A program made the position numbers and the translations under genes. A DNA stretch of 64,000 bases. Source: Eledone cirrhosa (taxonomy: Eukaryota). The notes beneath the pieces are model-generated. The model worked only from the letters and a program-made list of their open reading frames with translations. It searched no databases and was not told the origin of the DNA. The stretch covers positions 51,212,001 to 51,276,000 of the forward strand of contig OZ024741.1 of assembly GCA_964016885.1 (NCBI GenBank), read 5' to 3'. Shown here piece by piece: positions 1 through 11,876 of this stretch. Position 1 is the first letter of the stretch; each line of letters starts with the position of its first letter.

Positions 1-441
1 GCTCTTAAGAGTCAATGGCCATCCAAAATCACCGGGAGAGATGACCCCTTAGCCTTTGTCAAGGCAGAATTCTAGGAGAAGGAAAACTCTGATATAACAC
101 CAGCAACTCTGATGATATCCAATGATGTTGACTTGTTCTTCTTTTTGGTAAATATCATCTTGGTTAAGAGAGTGGGACTGGCTTTGTGCACTGCCTTTGC
201 TCACTATAAAAGCTTCACGGCACAGGCATTGCTTTATATCTGGAGATCTCTCTGCACTTGTCGTCACATGGTACCATGTACACTATGTGTCAATAATTGT
301 CACAAGTGTAGTGTTTGTACCAGAGTTTTCAAGTCGCTGGCTGGACTAAAAGTCACACTCGTTCAGCACATCGGTAGAGGTTCTCCTACATGGATATAAA
401 GTAGTGACCGTACTCGAAAACGAGTTGGCAGCGACCACCAT
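1..441 (+). mobile_element. Bipartite non-autonomous RTE-derived element, subfamily A (cut by the window edge)
   Basis: Same sequence as 518-1124. Contains GGAGAAGGAAAACTCTGA (RTE 5'UTR-like), a C2H2-finger remnant [15 protein letters not shown], and the 3' hairpin CTCG-AAAA-CGAG followed by (TATG)n. Confidence 0.7.
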
Positions 442-517
442 GTATATATGTATGTATTTATATACGTATGCATGTATGTATGTATTTATGTATGTGTGTA
501 TGTATTTATGTATGTAT

Positions 518-1124
518 GTCAGGTCACCAGTTGGTGCTACTGGTAACATGTATCCCAGTACAACCTGTCTCATGGTCGGGTCGTTGCCGACTAAACTGGC
601 AACCCCACCAAGGTTTCTTGATGAGGAGGGTGGCTTTGGACATCCTGCAGGACTAAAAACAAAACCTGTCAAAGGGCAAAGGAGCTCTTAAGAGTCAATG
701 GCCATCCAAAATCACCGGGAGACATGACCCCTTAGCCTTTGTCAAGGCAGAATTCTAGGAGAAGGAAAACTCTGATATAACACCTGCAACTCTGATGATA
801 TCCAATGATGTTGACTTGTTCTTCTTTTTGGTAAATATCATCTTGGTTAAGAGAGTGGGACTGGCTTTGTGCACTGCCTTTGCTCACTATAAAAGCTTCA
901 CGGCACAGGCATTGATTTATATCTGGAGATCTCTCTGCACTTGTCGTCACATGGTACCATGTACACTATGTGTCAATAATTGTCACAAGTGTAGTGTTTG
1001 TACCAGAGTTTTCAAGTCGCTGGCTGGACTAAAAGTCACACTCGTTCAGCACATCGGTAGAGGTTCTCCTACATGGATATAAAGTAGTGGCCGTACTCGA
1101 AAACGAGTTGGCAGCGACCACCAT
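518..1124 (+). mobile_element. Bipartite RTE-derived element A, full length (~605 bp)
   Basis: Starts GTCAGGTCACCAG and ends ...GACCACCAT; flanked by (TATG)-type repeats; 683-bp tandem period with its neighbours. Confidence 0.75.
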
Positions 1125-1200
1125 GTATATATGTATGTATTTATATACGTATGCATGTATGTATGTATTTATGTATGTGTGTATGTATTTATGTATGTAT

Positions 1201-1752
1201 GTCAGGTCACCAGTTGGTGCTACTGGTAACATGTATCCCAGTACAACCTGTCTCATGGTCGGGTCGTTGCCGACTAAACTGGCAACCCCACCAAGGTTTC
1301 TTGATGAGGAGGGTGACTTTGGACATCCTGCAGGACTAAAAACAAAACCTGTCAAAGGGCAAAGGAGCTCTTAAGAGTCAATGGCCATCCAAAATCACCG
1401 GGAGAGATGACCCCTTAGCCTTTGTCAAGGCAGAATTCTAGGAGAAGGAAAACTCTGATATAACACCTGCAACTCTGATGGTATCCAATGATGTTGACTT
1501 GTTCTTCTTTTTGGTAAATATCATCTTGGTTAAGAGAGTGGGACTGGCTTTGTGCAGTGCCACTTGTCATCAAATGGTACCATGGGCCCAGCAGCACTAT
1601 GTGTCAATAATTGTCATAAGTGTAGTGTTTGTACCAGAGTTTTCAAGTCGCTGGCTGGACTAAAATGTCACACCCGTTCAGCGCATCGATAGGGTTCTCC
1701 TACATGGATATAAAGTAGTGGCCGTACTCGAAAACGAGTTGGCAGCCACCAT
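1201..1752 (+). mobile_element. Bipartite RTE-derived element A with internal deletion
   Basis: Same ends; lacks the TTTGCTCACTATAAAAGC...GAGATCTCTCTG segment. Confidence 0.75.
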
Positions 1753-1789
1753 CTATGTATGTATGTATTTATGTATGTATGCATGTATG

Positions 1790-1820
<31 letters not shown>

Positions 1821-1904
1821 TCTTTCTTTTAACTTATTTGAATTCTTTCTATAAAGAACTGGTTTCTACTAAAGAAACAAAGCTTCATCGCTGGAATCTG
1901 TTTA

Positions 1905-2422
1905 ATGATGGTTTCTGATTTAGGCACAAAACCATCAATTTCGTGGGTAGAGGGAAGTCGATTAAATCTGCCCCAGTGCGTTACTGGTACTTTGTTTTAT
2001 CGATCTCGTAACGATGAAAGGCAAAGCTAACCTCGGCGGGATTTGAACTCAGAACGTAAAGGCCCATAACTCTATACAGGAAAGCATGTCGTCCGACGAA
2101 TCTGGTTAATAATAATTGTTTCTACTTTTGGCACAAGGCCAGCAATTACTCCAATGCATTACTGGTACTTTATTTTATTGAGCCCGTAAGGATGAAAGGC
2201 AAAGTTAACCCCGGCGGGATTTGCACTCAGACCGTAAAGGGCCGTAATTCTATGCTGTCAAGCATGACGTTCGACCTTCTACCGATACTGCCAATTCACC
2301 GCTCCTCAGAAAATAATTGTTTCTACGTTTGGCACAAGGCCAGCAATTAACCAGTACATTACTGGTACTTTATTTTATCGACCCCGTAAGGATGAAAGGC
2401 AAAGTTAACCTCGGCGGGATTT
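1905..2422 (-). mobile_element. Three tandem copies/fragments of a tRNA-derived SINE (Meta-domain-like core)
   Basis: Reverse complement carries B-box-like GAGTTCAAATCCCGCCGAGG and core TTTGCCTTTCATCCTTACGGGGTCGATAAAATAAAGTACCAGT; also at 18405-18575, 20690-20800, 37780-37875. Confidence 0.7.
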
Positions 2423-2849
2423 AAAATAATGTATTAATATAAGCATTAAAGGTGAAGTTACACAGTAGAGAAGCATATTGCTATTAACTGGGGTGTGCGA
2501 TTTGAAATAACAGTGTATATTGAGAATTATAATATTTGAATTACGTGTAAACATGAACATTCAAATATACTGCTTAAAGTCATCGAAAATATTTTACATC
2601 GAATTATAGGAGAGAAAACCGTAACTCTATGCTGCAAAGCATGGCGCCCAACCTTCTACCGATACTGCCAAATAACAAATTCTGCATGCTAAACTTTAGA
2701 AGTGTATTGTATATATTTACTGTTCTGCTTTCAGATCTTATTTACAAAGTGTGTGTTAAACGGTCATTTATTTGTTTGGACATTCTAGCTTTTCAAGATT
2801 GCCACTTTAACATTTATTAATATATCAATATGTACTAACAATTATAGGT

Positions 2850-3030
2850 CTTCTTCTTCTTCTTCTTCTTCTTCTTCTTCTTCTTCTTCTTCTTCTTCTT
2901 CTTCTTCTTCTTCTTCTTCTTCTTCTTCTTCGTGTGAAGGTTGTGAGAGCAGAGTCCTCAAACACTCCTTCCAGCGAGCCTTGACAGAAGCAAACGTCTC
3001 CAATTGATCTGGCTGGATCCCCATGCGAGA
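2850..3030 (-). mobile_element. 3' fragment of an RTE-like LINE with (GAA)n tail
   Basis: Minus frame ...LETFASVKARWKECL... resembles RTE C-terminal A..R..W; runs into a (GAA)n tract. Confidence 0.45.
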
Positions 3031-3482
3031 ATAATTGGTGCGAATATAGCTATTTGGTTAAATAGTTTGCTTCACTACCACAAGGTTTCAGGTTCAATAA
3101 TTATATGTATAAATGTAAATTTATAATTTCGGCACAGAAGCTGTCGTTTTCGAATCATTTGTTTGTGAATATTCTAATTCTGATTCTCACTGAATTTGGA
3201 AGAAATGTTGAAATCTGTAGAGCAGCCGATATTTCTAACTTTTAAGGTAGCTGGGCGGATGTGTATGTAGGTGAGCTTATGCATAGATGTGTAAATATAT
3301 ATATATTGTTTTTGCTGAGAATAAGTGAGTGACATAGTACTCATAGCAAATGGTCTTCACAATGTTTTTAATTAAACATACAGTATATTGCCAAATATAC
3401 TGTACATACGTTCATGTATAGATCGCTATTTCAGAGCACCAATACTTAATACCATATATATATATATAAATATACATATACA

Positions 3483-3552
<70 letters not shown>

Positions 3553-3821
3553 TATATAGTAGAAATAAAAGCTTTCACCTATTTTTGACTAAAGAAATTT
3601 TAGCCTGATAATGGGATTTAAAATTCCCCTCTAAAATGGAAAATGATTAGTATTGACGTACATGGGAGTCGAGCCCACATATTTGGTTATCCAGACCACT
3701 GTGCTACCATTATACTAACACATCACCCCATTATGAGGCTAAAATTTATTTAGTAAGAAATACGGCGAAAGCTTCTATTTCTACCTAATTTCAAACCGCT
3801 CGCTGTTTCAAAACAAACTTG

Positions 3822-3887
<66 letters not shown>

Positions 3888-3890
3888 CAA

Positions 3891-4483
3891 GTCAGGTGCT
3901 ATTGGTAACATGTATCCCAGTACAACCTGTCCCATGGTCGGGTCGTTGGCGACTAAACTGGCAACCCCACCAAGGTTTCTTGGTGAGGAGGGTGATTTTG
4001 GACATCCTGCAGGACTAAAAACAAAACCTGTCAAAGGACAAAGGAGCTCTTAAGAGTCAATGGCCATCCAAAATCACCGGGAGAGATGACCCCTTAGCCT
4101 TTGTCAAGGCAGAATTCTAGGAGAAGGAAAACTCTGATATAACATCTGCTACCCTGATGGTATCCAATGATGTTGACTTGTTCTTCTTTTTGGTAAATAT
4201 CATCTTGGTTAAGAGAGTGGGACTGGCTTTGTGCACTGCCTTTGCTCACTATAAAAGCTTCACGGCACAGGCATTGCTTTATATCTGGAGATCTCTCTGC
4301 ACTTGTCGTCACATGGTACCATGGGCCCAGCACTATGTGTCAATAATTTTCACAAGTGTAGTGTTTGTACCAGAGTTTTCAAGTTGCTGGCTGGACTAAA
4401 ATGTCACTCGTTCAGCGCATTGGTAGGAGTTCTCCTACATGGATATAAAGTAGTGGCCGTACTCGAAAACGAGTTGGCAGCCA

Positions 4484-4487
<4 letters not shown>
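3891..4487 (+). mobile_element. Bipartite RTE-derived element A
   Basis: Homologous to 518-1124; inserted in (TA)n. Confidence 0.75.
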
Positions 4488-4555
<68 letters not shown>

Positions 4556-4637
4556 GTTATTCCGGGTTGAATCGGAGGTAACCACAGTAAGTAAGGTACT
4601 CAATACATTGCAGAGTATAAAAGTTTTAATATAGATG

Positions 4638-4688
4638 AGATTCTACAGGACTAGAACTGTTTCATTCTTTAGAAATCATCAGGAATCT
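4638..4688 (-). ncRNA. Type I hammerhead ribozyme, family H1 (Penelope pLTR)
   Basis: Minus strand AGATTC-CTGATGA-stem II-GAAA-CAG ttctagtc CTG-TA-GAATCT; stem I AGATTC/GAATCT; GUA cleavage triplet. Confidence 0.8.
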
Positions 4689-5244
4689 GGGTATCAAAAA
4701 ATAAATATGGTATTTATAGGTCTCTACAAGTGGTAGGAGGGGGTGGGGAGTGGGATGGGTGTAGGTCATTGGTTGATAGAAAAGGAATTCATTAAAAGCT
4801 AATTCTACAAAGCTATAGTTTATTTTTATTAATTTTTGTTTTTAGTAACAAAGGCAGACAGAATTCTATAAACAGGTTCCGGATGGCATACCATTCCTTG
4901 TCATTAAGTTTCTCTTAAGCTAACAGATGTCTATAAGATCAGTGGGGGGGGTCAGTCATGGTAGATAGAATTAAAGGAAAGGGAGATTCTTTAAAAGCTA
5001 AATTCATTAAGGTTCTACTAAGTGACAAAGGTTTAGAGAATTCTGTAGACAGATTCAAAATACTGAGTGCATATCTTACAATTATCTTCGAACTTCTCTT
5101 AAACTAATCAACTATATGCCAAATACACACACACACACATATATATATATATACACATATATATACACTCACACACATACATGCATACACACAAATATAC
5201 ATGTGTATACAAATACATACATATACACATACATATATATATAT

Positions 5245-5299
<55 letters not shown>

Positions 5300-5468
5300 C
5301 ATAAACAAATATATACATATACATACACACACACACACCACACACATACACATACATATATATATACACACACACACACACATATACACATATATAAGGA
5401 AAAAGCACATTATACACACACACACACACATATACATATATATAAGGAAAAAGTACCATACATACATA

Positions 5469-5528
<60 letters not shown>

Positions 5529-5640
5529 CATACATATATATACAGACACATATACACACATATATACATATACATATACAAATATACATATACACATATA
5601 TATACACATACACACACACACAATATATATACACATATAT

Positions 5641-5677
<37 letters not shown>

Positions 5678-5729
5678 AACACACATACACACATACATAC
5701 ATACATACATACATACATACATACATACA

Positions 5730-5761
<32 letters not shown>

Positions 5762-5807
5762 CAAATATATATACATACATACATATACACACACACATAT
5801 ATATATA

Positions 5808-5912
5808 TTTCCCCTCTACAAATTTAAAGATAATGCCACCCACACCCAGCGCATCAGCAAGGAATCTTACTTCATTAACAAATACGGACCCCGTCTAAAC
5901 ACTTCTCCCTAA
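5808..5912 (+). pseudogene. C-terminal remnant of a Penelope-like GIY-YIG domain
   Basis: [34 protein letters not shown] fits the R...E..FI....P.LN GIY-YIG end. Confidence 0.5.
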
Positions 5913-6322
5913 GACGAACCCACAACATACACACGTCAACATACATACCTACATCAGCACACATCTCTACCCACATATAAACACAATGACACACGTAAAC
6001 ACACATGCTCTATGGTGCAATACAAAAAAATATATGTGCATATATATGTATGTATATATGTATATATATATATATATATATGTAGTGAAAATATATATGT
6101 GTGTGTGTGTATATATATATATAGTGAATATCATTTCACACCTTTTATTGTTAAGATTGTTGATGTTCTATTAAGAGAACCGATTTTACTGAAAAAATCG
6201 AATAATGTACACCATTTTACCAGGGGGAAAAAAATACTGGTCCACCCACACACGCACACACACACACACACACATATATACACAAACACATACACACGCG
6301 TACATCAACATACAAAGAGACT

Positions 6323-6361
<39 letters not shown>

Positions 6362-6518
6362 TTCTCCGTATAAGACAAAAGCTGAAAAATATCTTTTGAC
6401 CTTCGAATGACTCTGCTGTGTGTATGTACGCACACACACACACACACTTATCTTAATAGCCATTTGACACACATCGCTGGTGGCTATTGTCGCAGCATCG
6501 AACACCTTACTACTACTA

Positions 6519-6602
<84 letters not shown>

Positions 6603-7387
6603 TTGTTGTGAAAGAGTCATTTCTCAATCTTGGCGCAAAACCAATTTTTTATCCACATGACCTCTACCGACCAATCAAAATTGTTTTGACCAATAATTTT
6701 TGCTGGAGCCACTTTTCTAACATTTTAACATAAAAACAGTCTTGGCGCAAAATCAACTTTTTACATTCACATGACCTCTACCGACCAATCAAAATTGTTT
6801 TGACCACAAGCATTTTTGCAACACAAAAATAACGCTGGAGCCATTTTTTTAACATAAAAACAGGTAGAATTCCCAAAACTAATCAGATCAGAGCAAACAG
6901 CACGGACACTCTATCTCAAAATTATTTTTGAAAAGCATTTAGAAATGCGCAACCGGTAAAAACTTAAAAACTTAAAACCACAACTGAATACTAACCCATA
7001 CAATCACTAATACTCTTTTATTCCTAATTAAACCATTTTTCAACTGTGAACAATTTGTCAGCATTTTCTATTCCGTTTACCAATATATATATATATATAT
7101 ACATATACATACACATATATACATATACACACACATATATACACACACACACATATACACATATATACACACAGACACACACACACATACACATGCATAT
7201 ATATAAATATATATATATATCTATATAAATACATATATACACATACATACACAGACATATACATAAATATACACATATATACAAACATATATACGCATAT
7301 ATACACACAAATATACATATATATATATATATATACATGCATTCACACATACACACACAAATATATATACACACACTCTCTCTCACG

Positions 7388-7505
<118 letters not shown>

Positions 7506-7554
7506 CATACACATATATATATATATATACACACACACCTGCACCCACACACAC

Positions 7555-7591
<37 letters not shown>

Positions 7592-8033
7592 TACACACAT
7601 ACACACATACACATATATATATATATATATACACATATATATATATATATATATACATATATACATACATACACATACACATACACATACATACACATAC
7701 ACACACATATATATATATATATATACATATACACATATATATACATATATATACATACATAAATATACACACATAAAACACATATACACACATAGATATA
7801 TATATACACATACACATACATATACACACATACACACAAACATATACACATACAAATAAATAAGTACTCAATAAATATACGCATATACGCAGGCACATAA
7901 AAACACCTCTACAGGCAGAAAATGTAGATAGGAAAGAGGTACTCACATAACCATAGTGGGTGTATTTCAGGTTGAGGAGGGGTGGGGGTAGGGTGGGAAG
8001 GAGGTATAGGGGCCAATAGGGGGAGGTCGTTTT

Positions 8034-8290
8034 TAGCCATCGGGCTTTAACACTGGCTTAAAGTGTTTGAAAGTTGCAAAGTTCTTGTGCATGCAGTTCG
8101 GGCAGTGTTCAGAGAGTTTGTTCAGTAGCGGGCCCTTGGCGAATAAAATTTCGTAGCTCTCTGAAATACAAAGGTCGCAGCCCTTGTGTCCTCCGTTGTA
8201 AGAGCGCGCTTTCTGGAGTATTTTCCATTTAAGCGTGAAGGGGGTGGAGTTCCTTTTGAGGTCCCAAACGTAGGAGGCGAGTGTTGTAGA
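8034..8290 (-). pseudogene. Penelope-like element GIY-YIG C-terminal fragment
   Basis: Hand translation STTLASYVWDLKRN...KWKILQKARSYNGGHKGCDLCISE...LLNKLSEHCPNCMHK is paralogous to the end of ORF 11877-13406; not listed in the ORF track. Confidence 0.75.
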
Positions 8291-8324
8291 GACCTATAAA
8301 TACCATATTTATTTTTTGATACCC

Positions 8325-8375
8325 AGATTCCTGATGATTTCTAAAGAATGAAACAGTTCTAGTCCTGTAGAATCT
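8325..8375 (+). ncRNA. Hammerhead H1 in an inverted pLTR fused to the 5'-truncated PLE fragment
   Basis: AGATTC CTGATGA tttctaaagaat GAAA CAGttctagtcCTG TA GAATCT. Confidence 0.8.
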
Positions 8376-8377
8376 CA

Positions 8378-8413
<36 letters not shown>

Positions 8414-8416
<3 letters not shown>

Positions 8417-9256
8417 ATGAGAAGAAAGAAGAATACTGCATGGTTTGCACATGGGTTACATATGATAAAAATAGTCCTTCGTCAGTGATTTGACAACCAT
8501 CATTGGTATTTCATCGCATTAAAATTCAGATACCTCAGGTTGGTGCGAGCAATAACTAAAAAAAGTTATTGGGACCAGTAATTCGCGTAAAGCGAGGGGG
8601 ACAAGTAAACAACATAGAAGGATAAAAGCAAACCGAAGATAGGAAAATAAACAAGCAAAATGGTTGTCCGGTCAGTATAAGCTGGGTGGATTTCATGAGC
8701 GAGAGAGGTACAGACCGTGTCGATGTGTGTGAGATGTAAGCAAGAAGAATCCCACACAAGCCAAACGGGAGGAAGTGAGAAGGCGAGAAACAGAGAGTGA
8801 GTGAGTGGAAGTGTGAAGAAGAGGTCAGTCGAGAGAAAGTGTAACTGACAGACTGGGCGAAAGAAGGTGAGAGTAACAGAGAGAGCGGGGAAGCAGTAAG
8901 AGAGAAACAGACAAACGCAGCCGAGGTAAATATATATTAAAAACATGAGAAGAAAGAAGAATATTGCGTAGTTTGCAGATGGGTTACATATGATAAAAAT
9001 AGTCCTTCGTCAGTTATTTGACAACCATCATTGGTATTTCATCGCATTAAAAATCAGATACCTCAGGTTGGTGCGAGCAATAACTAAAAAAAGTTATTGG
9101 GACCAGTAATTCGCGTAAAGCGAGGGGGACAAGTAAACAACATAGAAGGATAAAAGCAAACCGAAGATAGGAAAATAAACAAGCAACATGGTTGTTCGGT
9201 CAGCATAAGCTGGGTGGATTTCATGAGCGAGAGAGGTACATACCGTGTCGATGTGT

Positions 9257-9260
<4 letters not shown>
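8414..9260. repeat. Tandem duplication, ~526-bp unit, unclassified repeat
   Basis: AAACATGAGAAGAAAGAAGAATA... recurs at ~8414 and ~8941; the second copy stops at (TA)n. Confidence 0.7.
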
Positions 9261-9330
<70 letters not shown>

Positions 9331-9334
<4 letters not shown>

Positions 9335-9951
9335 CGGGTCACTCTTGAGTGCTACTGGTAACATGTAACCCAGTACAACCTGTTGCATGGTCGGGTCGTC
9401 GGCGACTAAACCGGCAACCCACCAAGTTTACTTGGGGAGGAGGGTGATTTTGGACACCCTGCAGGACAAAAAACAAAACCTGACAAAGGGCGGAAGAACC
9501 CATAAGATTCAACGGCCATCCGAAAGTGTGTAAATATGTATATACGCATGTATATGTGTATGTATATGTGTATATACATGGGTGCATGTGTATGTATATG
9601 CACGCGGACATAGAAATAGTAGGGCTGGACACCCGATCGCGTGGTTAAACCACTGGGAGTGAAGGACCCCTAGCCTTTGTCAGGGCATTCTTCTAAGAGA
9701 AGGCAACTCAGGAAACTGGGATAACTCCGATATAAAACCTGCGGCTCAGTAGTTACCGATGATGTTGATCTTTTCTTCTTTTCGGGTTATAGCTACTGTC
9801 GCACAGAGAGTGGGATTGGCTCAGTGCACAGTCTTTCCTCACTTTAAAAAATATCTTCACGCACAGGCATTGCACGATAGAATTAATTAATAATTATTAA
9901 TAATGGTATATCGTGCAATGGCCATACTCGATAACGAGAGGGCAGCCATCA
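9331..9951 (+). mobile_element. Bipartite RTE-derived element, subfamily B
   Basis: 5' part homologous to subfamily A; internal hairpin CATTGCACGATA...TATCGTGCAATG; tail CTCG-ATAA-CGAG...GCAGCCATCAT. Confidence 0.7.
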
Positions 9952-10125
9952 TATATATATATATAGTGACGAAACATAAGTCAATTGCATGAACTCATTA
10001 TCCTTTATTTACTGCTATATATATTTCGATGATACCCATTGAATGGCTATGACCTCATAAGGCAATTAGTCAGTTTTTAGATATGCCAGCTCTGTGTTTA
10101 TAGTGTTGATGGTATCAGAGCCTTG

Positions 10126-10195
<70 letters not shown>

Positions 10196-10336
10196 ATAAT
10201 AATAAATTTGAAGACTAAAATCCAAAGAGGGCTCGATAAGGATAAATATATATCAAATATATAAGAACCGTAGAGCAAATATTTATTAAAATAACAGATT
10301 CTTTGCTTAAACTTTAATCTGTTATTTTAATAAATA

Positions 10337-10372
<36 letters not shown>

Positions 10373-10481
10373 TGTATGTATGTATGTATGTATGTATGTA
10401 TGTATGTAGCTATTAATAATTATTAATAATGGTATATCGTGCAATGGCCATACTCGATAACGAGGAGGCAGCCATCATGTC

Positions 10482-10541
<60 letters not shown>

Positions 10542-10547
10542 CGAAGG

Positions 10548-10601
<54 letters not shown>

Positions 10602-10607
10602 CGAAGG

Positions 10608-10645
<38 letters not shown>

Positions 10646-10736
10646 CGAAGGAAATGTGGTAAGGAACCAGATGGACCATAACGCACCAAAGTATTCAATA
10701 CTTAGGGTAGTAGAGTGGGTAATAGGAACGAGTAGG

Positions 10737-10832
10737 ACCCCGACGGCTGTGCTCAAGCCATTTCGACGGCTAATTCTGGACTAAATGAAATTTTTTATCC
10801 TGGTACATGAATAGCCGAGCTTCTCAGGGGGT
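10737..10832 (-). ncRNA. Hammerhead family H2 (core YTGARAA, long stem II)
   Basis: ACCCC-CTGAGAA-G..CGGCTA...TAGCCGTC-GAAA-(T/C)GGC loop GCCG-TC-GGGGT. Confidence 0.6.
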
Positions 10833-11876
10833 AATTCCATATATGGTAAAAGTGATTGTCACAAGGATTGGCCAAAAGTTTGTTGTTGAGACATAATTTT
10901 ATCATGGCATTTTGTGGAAGGAAGGGGTAGCTGAACTTGCCAGTAGAAGAAAGAGGGAGAGGGAGTGGAGGAAACCCAGTCGTGCGTTGATAGTGCCAAC
11001 TACAGCAGGGTCCTAAGGATAAGAGGTCAAGAGAAGTATACTAGGGAGGGGGAGGGGGAGGAAGTCGAGACAATAAGTAAATCAATATAGAAGAATAATA
11101 AGAATGTTAAAAATATAAAAAAACAATTTCTGGTTACTATTCCCCTACCACAATCATCAAGTCTCTCACTGGTACTGCTAAACTATAGAAAAATTTAATA
11201 GGTGGGACGGAATACTAAATACGAGATTGTAGTGAAAGAATTTTATGAGTTAGTAGTAATCGTCCAAATCTATCTTACAGTGACAGGTCACCAAGTAGGG
11301 GGCCAAAATACTAAAGAAACTACTACAAAATAATAATTCGGATCCCGAAACTAATACGAAATAATAATTCAGAATCCCGAAAATGAATACTAATATAATA
11401 TATAAGGGTGCCGCTACGATACATAAATTCTAATACAAACTACATAAATGCTCGTACGATATATATGAAAAATTTGATACGAAAAATATTAATTCAGAAT
11501 CCACCCCACCCCACCCATCCACCACCACCACCACTAAAAAAAAATAAATAAATACTGATATACGAGAAACTGAAGCAGAGATACCACTAAGAAATCTAGA
11601 AAGCACGGAAATGGGGCAGCCATCGGATAAGAAAGCAAGTATCTGGGGTCTATCACATCTGCTATAAAAAGCGGAGTCGGCCAATTCTATCATAGAATAG
11701 GGGATGGGGGTGGGGGTACTGAGGCTACAAAGGAGCGAAGGGCTGCCTCAGGGTAGGCGAGAAAGTGAAAAGGACGACGACAAAGAAGGAAAACTGGGGT
11801 GGAAGGACTAGGAAGGGATGGGGGAAGAACGAAATATAGAGGAAACGATAAGAAGATATATAAGAAAATCTTACGT

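Noticed and set aside
105-135. CTGATGA in element A as a hammerhead or C/D-box snoRNA
   Set aside because: Most copies read CTGATGG; no GAAA/stem III and no box pairing
49-1663. Recurrent small ORFs (MTTSAERSP..., MVSNDVDLF..., MTGFVFSP...)
   Set aside because: They recur only because the non-coding repeat recurs; frames differ between copies. Only the zinc-finger remnant is meaningful
8470-8545. Minus-strand CTGAGGT...GAAA and CTGACGA motifs in the 526-bp tandem unit
   Set aside because: I could not build consistent stems I and III with an NUH triplet
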